From the NCBI GenBank assembly GCA_963728735.1, contig CAVSLX010000010.1:12456-76455 (forward strand): a DNA stretch of 64,000 nucleotides, given 5' to 3'. This DNA is from an uncultured Actinomycetes bacterium (GTDB lineage Bacteria > Actinomycetota > UBA4738 > HRBIN12). Below the pieces are notes generated by a model, which worked only from the letters and a program-made list of their open reading frames with translations, was not told the origin of the DNA and made no database searches. Shown here one piece after another: positions 37,950 to 46,849 of this stretch (positions are counted from its first letter, which is position 1; each line of letters opens with the position of its first letter). Made by a program: the position numbers and the translations under genes.

Positions 37950-38352
37950 GGAGGAGCTGGCCGGGCGGCCGCGGTCGCGCTTCGCATCCGCGGGGCGCGG
38001 TCGAGGAAAGTCCGGACTCCGCAGGGCAGGACGCTGGCGAGAGCCAGGCGGGGGCGACCTCGCGAAGGGGCAACAGAGAGAAGACCGCCGACGCGGCGAG
38101 AGCCGCGGGCAAGGGTGCAACGGTGGGGTAAGAGCCCACCAGCGCGCCGGGCGACCGGCGCGGCTCGGCAACCCCCGTCCGGAGCAAGGTCGAGCAGGGA
38201 GCGCACGAGGACGGCCCGTCCGAGCTCCCGGGTAGACCGCACCGGTCCGGCGAACGGACCGGCGGCGGCGCTGCGGCGCCGCCGAGAGAGATGGTCGCCG
38301 GCGGTCCCCTCGGGGACCGCGCACGAGATCCGGCTTACAGGCCGGCTCCTCC
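37950..38352 (+). ncRNA. rnpB: RNase P RNA, bacterial type A
   Basis: Universal blocks GAGGAAAGTCCGGACTCC (P4 5' strand), GGTGCAACGGTGGGGTAAGAGCCCACCAG, ACGAGATCCGGCTTACAG (P4 3' strand). 13-bp P1 pairing GGAGGAGCTGGCC / GGCCGGCTCCTCC defines the ends. Confidence 0.95.
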
Positions 38353-38438
38353 GAACGTCGAGGCCGGGGCGCGAGCCCCGGCCTCGTCCGTCGCGCCGAC
38401 CCCGTGCATGACGGTGGGTCGCGGTCGCGCCACCGTCA

Positions 38439-39410
38439 TCAAGCGGGCGCCGCGGCGACGCCCGCGTCGAGCGCGCGCCGGAGCTGGCGACCGGCGTGGT
38501 AGCTCGAGCGCACGAGCGGGCCCGCCTCGACGTGGGCGATGCCCATCGCCTCGCCCTCGGCTGCGTGCGCCGCGAACTCCTCGGGGGACACCCATCGATC
38601 GACCGGAAGGTGGTAGGCGGTGGGCCGCAGGTACTGGCCCATCGTGACGATCTCGCAGCCCGCGTCGACGAGGTCGCGCATCGCGCCGGCGATCTCGTCG
38701 GGGCGCTCGCCCATCCCGAGGATCAGGTTCGATTTCGTCAGCTGGCCCGGTCGCACCCGCTTCGCCATCCGCAGCACCTCGAGCGAGCGGTCGTAGCCGA
38801 ACGCCGGCCGGATGCGATCGTGGAGACGGCGGACCGTCTCGAGATTGTGCGCGAAGACGTCGGGCTCGGCGGCCAGCACGGTGGCGATGGCGTCGGTGCC
38901 GGCCTTGAAGTCCGAGGGCAAGACCTCGACGGTGGCGCCCGGCACCGCCCGCTTCACGGCTTCGACCGTCCTCGCCCAGATCCGAGCGCCGCCGTCCGCA
39001 AGGTCGTCGCGGGCAACGCCCGTGATCACGGCGTGGCGGAGCCCCATCGCACGCACGGCCTCCGCGATCTTGATGGGTTCATCCTCGTCGACGGGATCGG
39101 GTTTCGCCGTCATGACGTCGCAGAAGCCACAGCGGCGGGTGCATTTGGAGCCGAGCAGGAGGAAGGTCGCTTCGCGCTCCTCCCAACACTCGTGGATGTT
39201 CGGGCACATCGCCTCCTCGCACACCGTGTGCAGGCCACCGCGTCGAACGATCTCGGCGAGCTCGGCATGGTTCGGGCCGCTGCGCAGGCGCACCTTCAGC
39301 CAGGGAGGCTTGCGCGCGTCGCCGCGGTCGACGTCTCCGGGGCCGTTCGTGACGCCGACGATCGGCAGGTGGAGGGGTCGCTTGCGGGGATTGTGGTCCC
39401 GGTCCGCCAT
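38439..39410 (-). CDS. lipA: Lipoyl synthase
   Basis: CEEAMCPNIHEC and radical-SAM CTRRCGFC cluster motifs, SNLILGMGE, GPLVRSSYHAG. Start at MADRDH (ATG 39410). Confidence 0.95.
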   Translation of the reverse strand: MADRDHNPRKRPLHLPIVGVTNGPGDVDRGDARKPPWLKVRLRSGPNHAELAEIVRRGGLHTVCEEAMCPNIHECWEEREATFLLLGSKCTRRCGFCDVMTAKPDPVDEDEPIKIAEAVRAMGLRHAVITGVARDDLADGGARIWARTVEAVKRAVPGATVEVLPSDFKAGTDAIATVLAAEPDVFAHNLETVRRLHDRIRPAFGYDRSLEVLRMAKRVRPGQLTKSNLILGMGERPDEIAGAMRDLVDAGCEIVTMGQYLRPTAYHLPVDRWVSPEEFAAHAAEGEAMGIAHVEAGPLVRSSYHAGRQLRRALDAGVAAAPA

Positions 39411-39417
39411 CGTGCCG

Positions 39418-39423
39418 AGTGTA
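39418..39423 (-). promoter_or_regulatory. -10 box TACACT, 7 nt upstream of lipA ATG 39410 (leaderless)
   Basis: Minus strand reads TACACT-cggcacg-ATG. Overlaps the opposite-strand -10 box by 2 nt. Confidence 0.5.
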
Positions 39424-39427
39424 CGCT
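39422..39427 (+). promoter_or_regulatory. -10 box TACGCT, 6 nt upstream of ATG 39434 (leaderless)
   Basis: TACGCT-cggcgg-ATG. Favours ATG 39434 over the ORF-track GTG 39419. Confidence 0.5.
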
Positions 39428-39433
39428 CGGCGG

Positions 39434-40450
39434 ATGGCAGCGCGCGGTTCACCGGGGCGGCGACGGATCGTCATCCGGACCGTCTGGCTGCTCGGCGCCG
39501 CGGTCGGTTTCTACGTCTTCACCCCGACGATCCTGGCCTTCGTCGACGACGCGCCGAGGCTTCTGCAGATCGAGCCGGGCTGGTTCCCGCTGCTGCTCCT
39601 CGCGCAGGGCGCGAGCTTCGTCGCCCTCTGGCGACTCCATCACGTCGCGATCCGATGCGACGACCGCGTGCTGATCGCGACCTCGCAGCTCGCATCGAAC
39701 GCTTTCAGCCGGATCGTGCCGGGGGGCGCGGCGGCGGCCGGCGCCTTGCAGTTCCGCATGCTGGTGCAAGGCGGCGTGGCGCCGGCCGCCGCCGCGACCG
39801 GGCTCACGGCCGTCGGGCTCATCACGATCGCGGCGCTGTTCGCGTTGCCGATCCTCGCCGTGCCGGCGATCGTTGCGGGTGCCCCGGTCGCCCGAGGGTT
39901 GTGGCAGGCGGCGCTCGTCGGTGTCGCCGCGTTCGCCTTCCTGTTCGGCGTCGCCCTCGCGGCGATGAACGGCGACGGGTTGCTTCGGGCCGCGGCACGG
40001 ATCTGGACGTCGGTCCGCCGACGGTTCGGACGGGAGCCGGCCCCGACCGATGACCCCGCCGGACACGTGTTGGCGCAACGCGACGAGGTCCGCGCCGCGC
40101 TCGGACGCGGGTGGCGTACCGCGATCGCGGCCGCCGTCGGCAACCGGCTCCTCGACTACCTGTCGTTGCTCTTCGCATTGACGGCGGTGGGGGTGCGGCC
40201 GCGCCCGTCGCTCGTGCTCCTCGCCTACGTGGCGGCGACCGTGCTCGGCATGATCCCGATCACGCCCGGAGGCCTGGGTTTCGTCGAAGCGGGGCTCGCC
40301 GCCACGCTCCGGCTGGCCGGCGTGGCGGCTCCGGAGGCGGTGCTCGCGACGCTCGCCTACCGGCTCGTGTCGTACTGGTTGCCGCTCCCGGTCGGCGCCG
40401 TCGCCTACGCGGTGCACCGCCGGCGGATCATCGCGAGGGCTCCCGCGTGA
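39434..40450 (+). CDS. Flippase-like membrane protein (LPG_synthase_TM / UPF0104 family)
   Basis: About 8 TM segments. Family signature MIPITPGGLGFVEAGLAATL near the C-terminus. Confidence 0.7.
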   Translation: MAARGSPGRRRIVIRTVWLLGAAVGFYVFTPTILAFVDDAPRLLQIEPGWFPLLLLAQGASFVALWRLHHVAIRCDDRVLIATSQLASNAFSRIVPGGAAAAGALQFRMLVQGGVAPAAAATGLTAVGLITIAALFALPILAVPAIVAGAPVARGLWQAALVGVAAFAFLFGVALAAMNGDGLLRAAARIWTSVRRRFGREPAPTDDPAGHVLAQRDEVRAALGRGWRTAIAAAVGNRLLDYLSLLFALTAVGVRPRPSLVLLAYVAATVLGMIPITPGGLGFVEAGLAATLRLAGVAAPEAVLATLAYRLVSYWLPLPVGAVAYAVHRRRIIARAPA

Positions 40451-40893
40451 CGGGGTGGCCGAGCGAACGACCTCGTCGCCGGAGCCTGTGGTTCGCCGTC
40501 CCGGTCGTCGTGGCGCTGTCGGTCGGGTGCATCGGATCCTCGGCCGAAGAGACGGCTCGCGATCTCTGCGGCGATCTCGCGAACCTCGACGAGACCATCA
40601 CGGTGCTCATCGCCCCGACCGCCGAGGCCTCGGTGGGCGACGTCCGGGGCGCCTACGAGAAGGTGGCGCCCGTGCTGGAGCGGATCGCCGCCGCGCCCCA
40701 GGCGTCGGAGGAGCTCGAGACGACGCTGATCGCCCTGCAGGAGGCCTTCCGCGACGCGTTCGCGGGCGTCGGAGACGACGAACCGGCCACCGTGGTCGGC
40801 GCCTCCCTCGCCGCTCCGCGGGGGGGGCTCCGGATCACGCTCGCGGACGCGTCGGTCACGCTCGGGTGCGCGCCCTCGGACCCGCCGTCGTGA
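40447..40893 (+). CDS. Hypothetical small lipoprotein
   Basis: GTG overlaps the upstream stop (GTGA). Lipobox LSVGCI. Helical Ala/Glu-rich body. Confidence 0.5.
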   Translation: MTGWPSERPRRRSLWFAVPVVVALSVGCIGSSAEETARDLCGDLANLDETITVLIAPTAEASVGDVRGAYEKVAPVLERIAAAPQASEELETTLIALQEAFRDAFAGVGDDEPATVVGASLAAPRGGLRITLADASVTLGCAPSDPPS

Positions 40894-40924
40894 CAGGTTC
40901 CGCGTTCGTCCGCCGGTGAGGGTC

Positions 40925-40930
40925 TAGGCT
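40925..40930 (+). promoter_or_regulatory. -10 box TAGGCT, 6 nt upstream of GTG 40937 (leaderless)
   Basis: TAGGCT-cgcgtc-GTG. Confidence 0.5.
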
Positions 40931-40936
40931 CGCGTC

Positions 40937-42166
40937 GTGCCGGAACCACAGGAGGTGCCCGTGCAGACCGAGCCCCCCGCCGAGGAGCTGCCACCGGGGG
41001 TGGCCGACGAGCTGACGGCGGAGCCGATCCGCCTGCCGTCGTGGCGGTGGATCTGGCGCCTGTTCCTCGTCTTCTGGGCCTCCCTCGCGCTCGCGTGGCT
41101 CGCGTACGCGTTCTTCACGAGCATCCGCTCCCTGATCGTCCTGTTGGTCGCCTCGCTGTTCCTGTCCTTCGCGCTCGAACCCGCCGTCGCGTGGCTCGCG
41201 GACCGGGGCTGGCGGCGCGGCTTCGCGACCTTCACCTGCCTCGCCGCGCTCGCGCTCGGAGCGATCCTGATGCTCGTGCTGATGGTGCCGGTCCTGATCG
41301 ATCAGGTGATCGAACTCGTCGACGCCGCCCCCGAGATCTTGGACCGGCTGGTTGAGCTCGCCAACGACTGGTTCCGCCTGGACCTGTCGACCGGGCAGCT
41401 CGTCGAAGACCTGCAGACGGCGAACACCGACCTGACGCAGTTCGCCGGCAACATCGCCGGGAACCTCTTCGGGGTGGGGGCGGCGATCGTCGCGACGATC
41501 TTCCAGCTCCTCACGATCTCGCTGTTCTCCTTCTACCTCGTCGCCGAGGGTCCCCGTTTCCGGCGCGCGGTCTGCTCGATCCTGCCCGCACGCCAGCAGC
41601 GCGTCATGCTCGACACATGGGAGGTCGCGATCGACAAGACGGGCGCGTACATCTATTCGCGTCTCGTGCTCGCCGTGCTGTCGGGGACCGCCACCTACAT
41701 CGTGATGCGCATCCTCGGCGTCGAGTTCGCCCTTCCGATGGCGGTGTGGATGGGGCTCGTCTCGCAGTTCGTGCCCACGATCGGCACGTACATCGCGATG
41801 GCCTTGCCCCTGCTCGTCGCGGTCGTCGGCAGCACGGTCGACGCCGTCGTGTTGCTCGTGTACTTCACGATCTACCAGCAGGTGGAGAACTACGTGCTCG
41901 CGCCCCACGTGACGGCTCGCACGATGGAGCTGCATCCGGCGCTGGCGTTCGGTTCGGCGATCGCGGGAGCGAGCATCGGCGGCGTGGTCGGTGCGATCCT
42001 CGCATTGCCGGCCGCGGCGATCGTGCAGGCGGTCGCATCGTCGTACGTGACGACGCACGAGGTGATCCGCGACGACCTCACCGAGGAGGAGCAGGCCCAG
42101 CCGGTGAAACCGCCGCGGGAGAGCGTGTGGGCACGGGCGATGGCCCGTGCTCGCCGGCGGATGTAG
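40937..42166 (+). CDS. AI-2E family (PerM/UPF0118) transporter
   Basis: 8 TM pattern. Signature YFTIYQQVENYVLAPHVTAR. Confidence 0.8.
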   Translation: MPEPQEVPVQTEPPAEELPPGVADELTAEPIRLPSWRWIWRLFLVFWASLALAWLAYAFFTSIRSLIVLLVASLFLSFALEPAVAWLADRGWRRGFATFTCLAALALGAILMLVLMVPVLIDQVIELVDAAPEILDRLVELANDWFRLDLSTGQLVEDLQTANTDLTQFAGNIAGNLFGVGAAIVATIFQLLTISLFSFYLVAEGPRFRRAVCSILPARQQRVMLDTWEVAIDKTGAYIYSRLVLAVLSGTATYIVMRILGVEFALPMAVWMGLVSQFVPTIGTYIAMALPLLVAVVGSTVDAVVLLVYFTIYQQVENYVLAPHVTARTMELHPALAFGSAIAGASIGGVVGAILALPAAAIVQAVASSYVTTHEVIRDDLTEEEQAQPVKPPRESVWARAMARARRRM

Positions 42167-45100
42167 CGCCGGGCTCCTCGCGCGGCCCCACCCGCTCCTC
42201 GCCGGGTCGACCAGGCAGGTAGACGCGGAACGACGCCCCTCCGCCGTCGCGTTCCTGCACCCACGCGCGACCGCCGTGGAGCTCGGCGAACCGAGTCACG
42301 AGCGAGAGTCCGATGCCGGTGCCGGGGGAGTGGGCCGAGGCCGTCGGCCCCTGGCGGAACGGTTCGAAGATCGCGGCGCGGAGATCCTCGGAGACCCCCG
42401 GCCCGTCGTCGTCGACGACGATCAGCACGCCGCCGTCATCGGCGCGGACCTCGAGCCAGATCCGGCGGTCGCTGGTCGTGTGCCGGGCGGCGTTCATCAG
42501 CAGGTTCTCGACGATCCGTTCGACCTTCGCCGGGTCGACCGGAAGCATGATGGACTCGGCGCGGGTCTCGACGTCGCGGCCGGCGAGCGCGTCGAGGTTC
42601 TCGACGGTGCGCCGCGCGAGCGCGCCGACGTCGGTGGTGCGGTACTGGGGTTCGACGATGCCCCGGTTGAGTCGATCGATGTCGAGCAGGTCCTTGAGGA
42701 GACGGTCGAGCTTCTTCGCGTTGGCAGCCAGGCGTCGGAGCAAATCGGTGCGATCGCTGCCCTCGATGTCCGGCGCGCGTTCGAGCGTGAGCGCGAGGCC
42801 AAGGATCGACGTCAGCGGACTGCGCAACTCGTGTGACACGGCCGCGAGGAAGGTGTTCTTCATGTCGTCGAGGGCACGCAGGCGTTCGGCAGCGTCGCGC
42901 TCGCGCTGCTCGGACTCACGCAACGCGTGCTCGGCGACCTTGCGCTCCGTCACGTCGAACAGCACCCCTTGCACGAACGTCGGCTCGCCGTGCTCGTCGT
43001 GGAGGAACGTGGTCTCGTCGTGAACCCAGATCGTCCTCCCGTCCCGGGTGCGCATCCGGTACTCGGCGCTCCACGGCTCGCGCCGAGCGATCGCCGCGAT
43101 GTAGTCCGCGACCACCGCCTCGCGATCGTCGGGATCGATCGCCTCGACCCACGCGCGCGGATCGGCGATCCACTCCTCGGGGGTGATCCCCACGAGCTCC
43201 TCGAGCTGCGGGCTGGCGTAGACGGACTCGAGCGAATCGTCGGCACGGTCGAGATAGATCGCGGCGGGGACATGCTCGACGATCGCCCGGAACCGTTCCT
43301 CGGCCTCACGGAGCTGATCCTCGGCCTTCTTCTGCGCGGTGACGTCGTACATCACCCCCTGCGAGACGAGGGGCTGGCCGTCGTCGTCTCGGATCACGAC
43401 CGCCTGGTCGCGGACCCACAGCGATCGGCCGTCGCGGTGGTGGAACCGATACTCGACCTCGTAGGGATCGCCGTGCTCGTGATGGCGCGCGATCGCGTCG
43501 CCGACCCGTTCCGCATCGTCCGGGTCGATCTGTCGCCACCACAGGCCGAGGTCGGTGCGCCATTCGTCGGGGGTGAACCCGAAGGTCGATTCCACCTGCG
43601 GGCTCACGTAGAGGGTGGTCATCGCCTCGTCGACCGCGTCGACGTACGTGACCGCAGGGATCGTTTCGATCAACGATCGGTACCGTTGCTCGGCGGCGTC
43701 GAGGGCGAGCTCGGCGCGCTTGCGTTCGGTGACGTCGAGCAGGATGCCCTGACTCATCCAGGGCTTCCCCTCCTCGTCGGCGATCATCACGGCTTGGTCG
43801 CGGAGCCACCTGAAGTCACCCGCGCGCGTCTGCACCCTGATCTCGACGTCGAGCGGCTCACCCGTCGAGCGGTGACGCACATCGGCAAGGGCGGCCCGCT
43901 CTCGGTCGTCGGGGTGGATCAGCCGCTCCCACAGACCCGGTTCGCGCTCCCATCGGTCCGAGGAGTAGCCCAGGATCGTCTCGATCTGCGGGCTGATGTA
44001 CGTCGTCGGCCAGGTCGGGCCGCCCGGGCCCTCCCGGAGCTCGTCGACGTAGGTGATCGCGGGCATCTTCTCCACGAGGAGGCGGTAACGCTCCCGCGCT
44101 TCATCGAGGCTCTCGGCCGCCCGCTGGCGAGAGATCGCGGCGCCGAGCGTGTTCGCGGTCACGATGATCGCCTCGACCTCCGCTTCCTGCCACGGTCGGT
44201 CGTCACCGCAGCGGTCCAGGCCCATGTATCCCCACCAGTCCCGGTCGACGAAGATCGGGACGGCAAGGACGGCCTCGATCGGGACAGGCCCCGCCTCGAG
44301 GACCGCTCGTTCGGCGTCGGGGAGGTCGCGGACGAGGCCGTGGACGATCTCGCCGCGGGCCATCCGATCGGCCCATCTCTCGAGGCCGCCGCGACCCCAT
44401 GGGAACGTGTTGGTGAGCGCCCGGTCGTCGCCCGGCCAGGTCCCGCCCGGCGCGTGCCAGGCCTCGACGAGGCTCATAGCCGGTTCGCCGCCGCCGGCGG
44501 TCTCGTTGCGCCAGACGGAAGCCCGGCTCCCCTCGCCGGCGCGGCCCAGGCGCTCGAGCACCTCGCCCATCACGTCTGCCCACGAGTCCGCCAACAGGAA
44601 GCGCTCCGCAGCGAACGCGGTCGCCTGCAAGATCCGGTCCCGTCGCGCGAGCGAATCCTGCGCGTGCTTGCGATCGGTGACGTCCGTGAGCGCTCCCTGC
44701 CAGATCCGTCGACCTCCCGGGTCCTCGACGAGGATCGCGTGATCGTGGAGCCAGACCGTGCGCCCGTCGGCGGTGATCACGCGGTATTCGACGTCGAACG
44801 GGTCACCCGTCACGTTCGTCCGATCCGACTCCTCGAGGACCCGCTCACGATCGTCGGGGTGGAGCATGCGGACCCAGAGCCCAGGATCGCGCATGCGCTC
44901 CTCGGCCGAGTATCCGGTGAACCGTTCGTACTGCGGGCTGATGTAGAGCGCGGTGCTGACGTCGTCCACGGCGTCGGTGTACACGGCGATGGGGAGCTGC
45001 TCGACGAGGGAGCGGTAGCGCTCTTCCGCCTCCTTGCGCTCGGTGACGTCGAGCATGACGCCCTGGTACAGGGGCGCGCCGCGCGATCCCACGCCGACGG

Positions 45101-45665
45101 GGTTGGCCTCGTCGCGGACCCACACCCACCGCCCGTCGGCGCGGCGGATCCGGTACTCCTCGGAGAAGGGCTCGCCGGCGCGGACCGCGCGGTCCCAGGC
45201 GTCGAGGACCCGAACCAGGTCGTCCGGCCGCACGCTCGACGCCCACGCTTCCGGACGCTCGAGCCACTGCTGGGCCGGATACCCGAGGAGCCGCTCGATC
45301 TGCGGGCTGATGTAGCCCGCCGGGGTCGTGCCCGGCGCATCGGCTCCGTCCCAGACGTATGCGACCGCCGGCACGCGCTCGACGATCGTTCGGAATCGCG
45401 ATTCGGCCTCGTGGCGCCGGTCCTGCTCTTCCTCCGCCTGCCGCCATCGGCGAACGGCGAATACCGCGATGCCTGCGAAGGTGATGAGGAGCAGACCGAT
45501 CGCCTCGTCGAGGTACGGCGAGCTCAGGAGACCGGCTTCGATCCGATCGTAGACCTCGAGCCTGGCGCCCACCGCGAAGACGACGGCGACGGCCACCAGG
45601 ATCCTTGCCAGATCCCGGAGGCCGCTCGAGCGTCTCGTGGCGCCGGCAGGCTCGCGTCCCTTCAC
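42078..45665 (-). CDS. Multi-sensor histidine kinase: 2 TM, PAS-PAS-GAF-PAS-PAS-PAS, HisKA, HATPase_c
   Basis: Five PAS/PAC units each end in DVT(E/D/A)(R/Q)K and contain Y(I/V/A)SPQ(I/Y/V/L)E. GAF-like block in the middle. H-box FLAAVSHELRSPLTSILG. G-boxes DDDGPGV, GTGIGLSLV. 1195 aa. Confidence 0.9.
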   Translation of the reverse strand: MKGREPAGATRRSSGLRDLARILVAVAVVFAVGARLEVYDRIEAGLLSSPYLDEAIGLLLITFAGIAVFAVRRWRQAEEEQDRRHEAESRFRTIVERVPAVAYVWDGADAPGTTPAGYISPQIERLLGYPAQQWLERPEAWASSVRPDDLVRVLDAWDRAVRAGEPFSEEYRIRRADGRWVWVRDEANPVGVGSRGAPLYQGVMLDVTERKEAEERYRSLVEQLPIAVYTDAVDDVSTALYISPQYERFTGYSAEERMRDPGLWVRMLHPDDRERVLEESDRTNVTGDPFDVEYRVITADGRTVWLHDHAILVEDPGGRRIWQGALTDVTDRKHAQDSLARRDRILQATAFAAERFLLADSWADVMGEVLERLGRAGEGSRASVWRNETAGGGEPAMSLVEAWHAPGGTWPGDDRALTNTFPWGRGGLERWADRMARGEIVHGLVRDLPDAERAVLEAGPVPIEAVLAVPIFVDRDWWGYMGLDRCGDDRPWQEAEVEAIIVTANTLGAAISRQRAAESLDEARERYRLLVEKMPAITYVDELREGPGGPTWPTTYISPQIETILGYSSDRWEREPGLWERLIHPDDRERAALADVRHRSTGEPLDVEIRVQTRAGDFRWLRDQAVMIADEEGKPWMSQGILLDVTERKRAELALDAAEQRYRSLIETIPAVTYVDAVDEAMTTLYVSPQVESTFGFTPDEWRTDLGLWWRQIDPDDAERVGDAIARHHEHGDPYEVEYRFHHRDGRSLWVRDQAVVIRDDDGQPLVSQGVMYDVTAQKKAEDQLREAEERFRAIVEHVPAAIYLDRADDSLESVYASPQLEELVGITPEEWIADPRAWVEAIDPDDREAVVADYIAAIARREPWSAEYRMRTRDGRTIWVHDETTFLHDEHGEPTFVQGVLFDVTERKVAEHALRESEQRERDAAERLRALDDMKNTFLAAVSHELRSPLTSILGLALTLERAPDIEGSDRTDLLRRLAANAKKLDRLLKDLLDIDRLNRGIVEPQYRTTDVGALARRTVENLDALAGRDVETRAESIMLPVDPAKVERIVENLLMNAARHTTSDRRIWLEVRADDGGVLIVVDDDGPGVSEDLRAAIFEPFRQGPTASAHSPGTGIGLSLVTRFAELHGGRAWVQERDGGGASFRVYLPGRPGEERVGPREEPGATSAGEHGPSPVPTRSPAAVSPAGPAPPR

Positions 45666-45794
45666 GTCGATGCGGTTATCGTCGCGGGCTCGCTCGCCCT
45701 GTACCAGGGGTTTTCCGGGGTTCGTCCGCCCGTTCCCCCCGCCGTCCTTCCGGGGCCGGCGGGTCGGCCGCGATCACGACGTGCGCCGGTTCGG

Positions 45795-45816
45795 GGGACC
45801 CCCGGCCGGGGGACCC
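45795..45816 (-). terminator. GC-rich imperfect hairpin between the E1-beta stop and the kinase start (possible terminator or attenuator, no U-tract)
   Basis: Minus strand GGGTCCCC-CGGC-CGGGGGTCCC style palindrome with one T:T mismatch. Confidence 0.3.
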
Positions 45817-45859
45817 GAGCTTGCGGACCTCGCAGCCGACCCTGATGGAGGCCGGCGGA

Positions 45860-46849
45860 TCAGGCTGCCGCCAGCGCCCTCATCGCCCGGTAGAGATGGT
45901 CCGGCTCGGGCTCGAGGAAGGCGTGCTCCAGGGGCGCCGCGAAGGGCATGGCGGGGATGTCCGGTCCGCCGATCCGCATCACGGGCGCGTCGAGGTCGAA
46001 GAAGACCGCCTCGGCGATCGCGGCGGCGATCTCCGCGCCGGCGCCGTAGGTCCGGTTGTCCTCGTAGACGACGAGCGCTTTCGACGTCGTGCGCACCGAG
46101 GCCACGATCGTGTCGAGATCGAGTGGCGCGAGCGTCCGGACGTCGACGACCTCGATCGAGAGCCCCTCGTCGTCCGCGAGTCGCGCGGCCGCGTCGAGAC
46201 ACCGATGCAGCTCGTAGCCGTACGTGATCACGGAGAGGTCGGTCCCCTCGCGCTTCACGTCGGCGACACCGATCGGCGTCGTGTGATACGTGTCGGGTAC
46301 GTCGCCCGTCACGGCCCGATACGCCTTCTTGTGCTCGAGGTAGATCACAGGGTCGGGATCGCGCAGGGCGCTTCGCAGCAACCCCGCGGCATCGGCAGGC
46401 GTCGACGGCATGACCACCTTGAGACCGGGGACGTGGGCGTACGTCGCCTCGATGGATTGCGAGTGGTACAGGGCGCCGTGGACCCCGCCCCCGCACGGCG
46501 CACGGATGACGAGCGGACAGCCGAAATCGCCGTTCGAGCGGTAGCGGATCCGCGCCGCCTCGGACGCGATCTGGTCGTACGCCGCATGGATGAAATCGGC
46601 GAACTGGATCTCGGCGACCGGCAGGAGCCCGTGCAGGGCCATGCCGATCGCAACCCCGACGATGCTGGACTCGGCCAGCGGGGTGTCGATCACGCGCTCC
46701 TCGCCGAACTCCGCCATCCATCCCTGCGAGACACGGAACACCCCTCCTCGCGTGCCGACGTCCTCCCCGAGCAAGACGATCCGGTCGTCGTCCACCATCT
46801 CGTCGTGCAGGGCATCGCGGACGGCGGTCAGGAGGTTCTTCTGCGTCAC
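45860..46849 (-). CDS. 2-oxoacid dehydrogenase E1 component beta subunit (BCKDH-like)
   Basis: GTG overlaps the alpha-subunit stop (GTGA). Motifs LLGEDVG..GGVFRVS, ERVIDTPLAESSIVG, IQFADFI, VVDVRTLAPLD. Confidence 0.9.
   Translation of the reverse strand: MTQKNLLTAVRDALHDEMVDDDRIVLLGEDVGTRGGVFRVSQGWMAEFGEERVIDTPLAESSIVGVAIGMALHGLLPVAEIQFADFIHAAYDQIASEAARIRYRSNGDFGCPLVIRAPCGGGVHGALYHSQSIEATYAHVPGLKVVMPSTPADAAGLLRSALRDPDPVIYLEHKKAYRAVTGDVPDTYHTTPIGVADVKREGTDLSVITYGYELHRCLDAAARLADDEGLSIEVVDVRTLAPLDLDTIVASVRTTSKALVVYEDNRTYGAGAEIAAAIAEAVFFDLDAPVMRIGGPDIPAMPFAAPLEHAFLEPEPDHLYRAMRALAAA

Noticed and set aside
42927-45845. A 972-aa ORF on the plus strand.
   Set aside because: It is antisense to the PAS kinase, has low-complexity Arg/Asp/Gly composition, and carries no domain signature.
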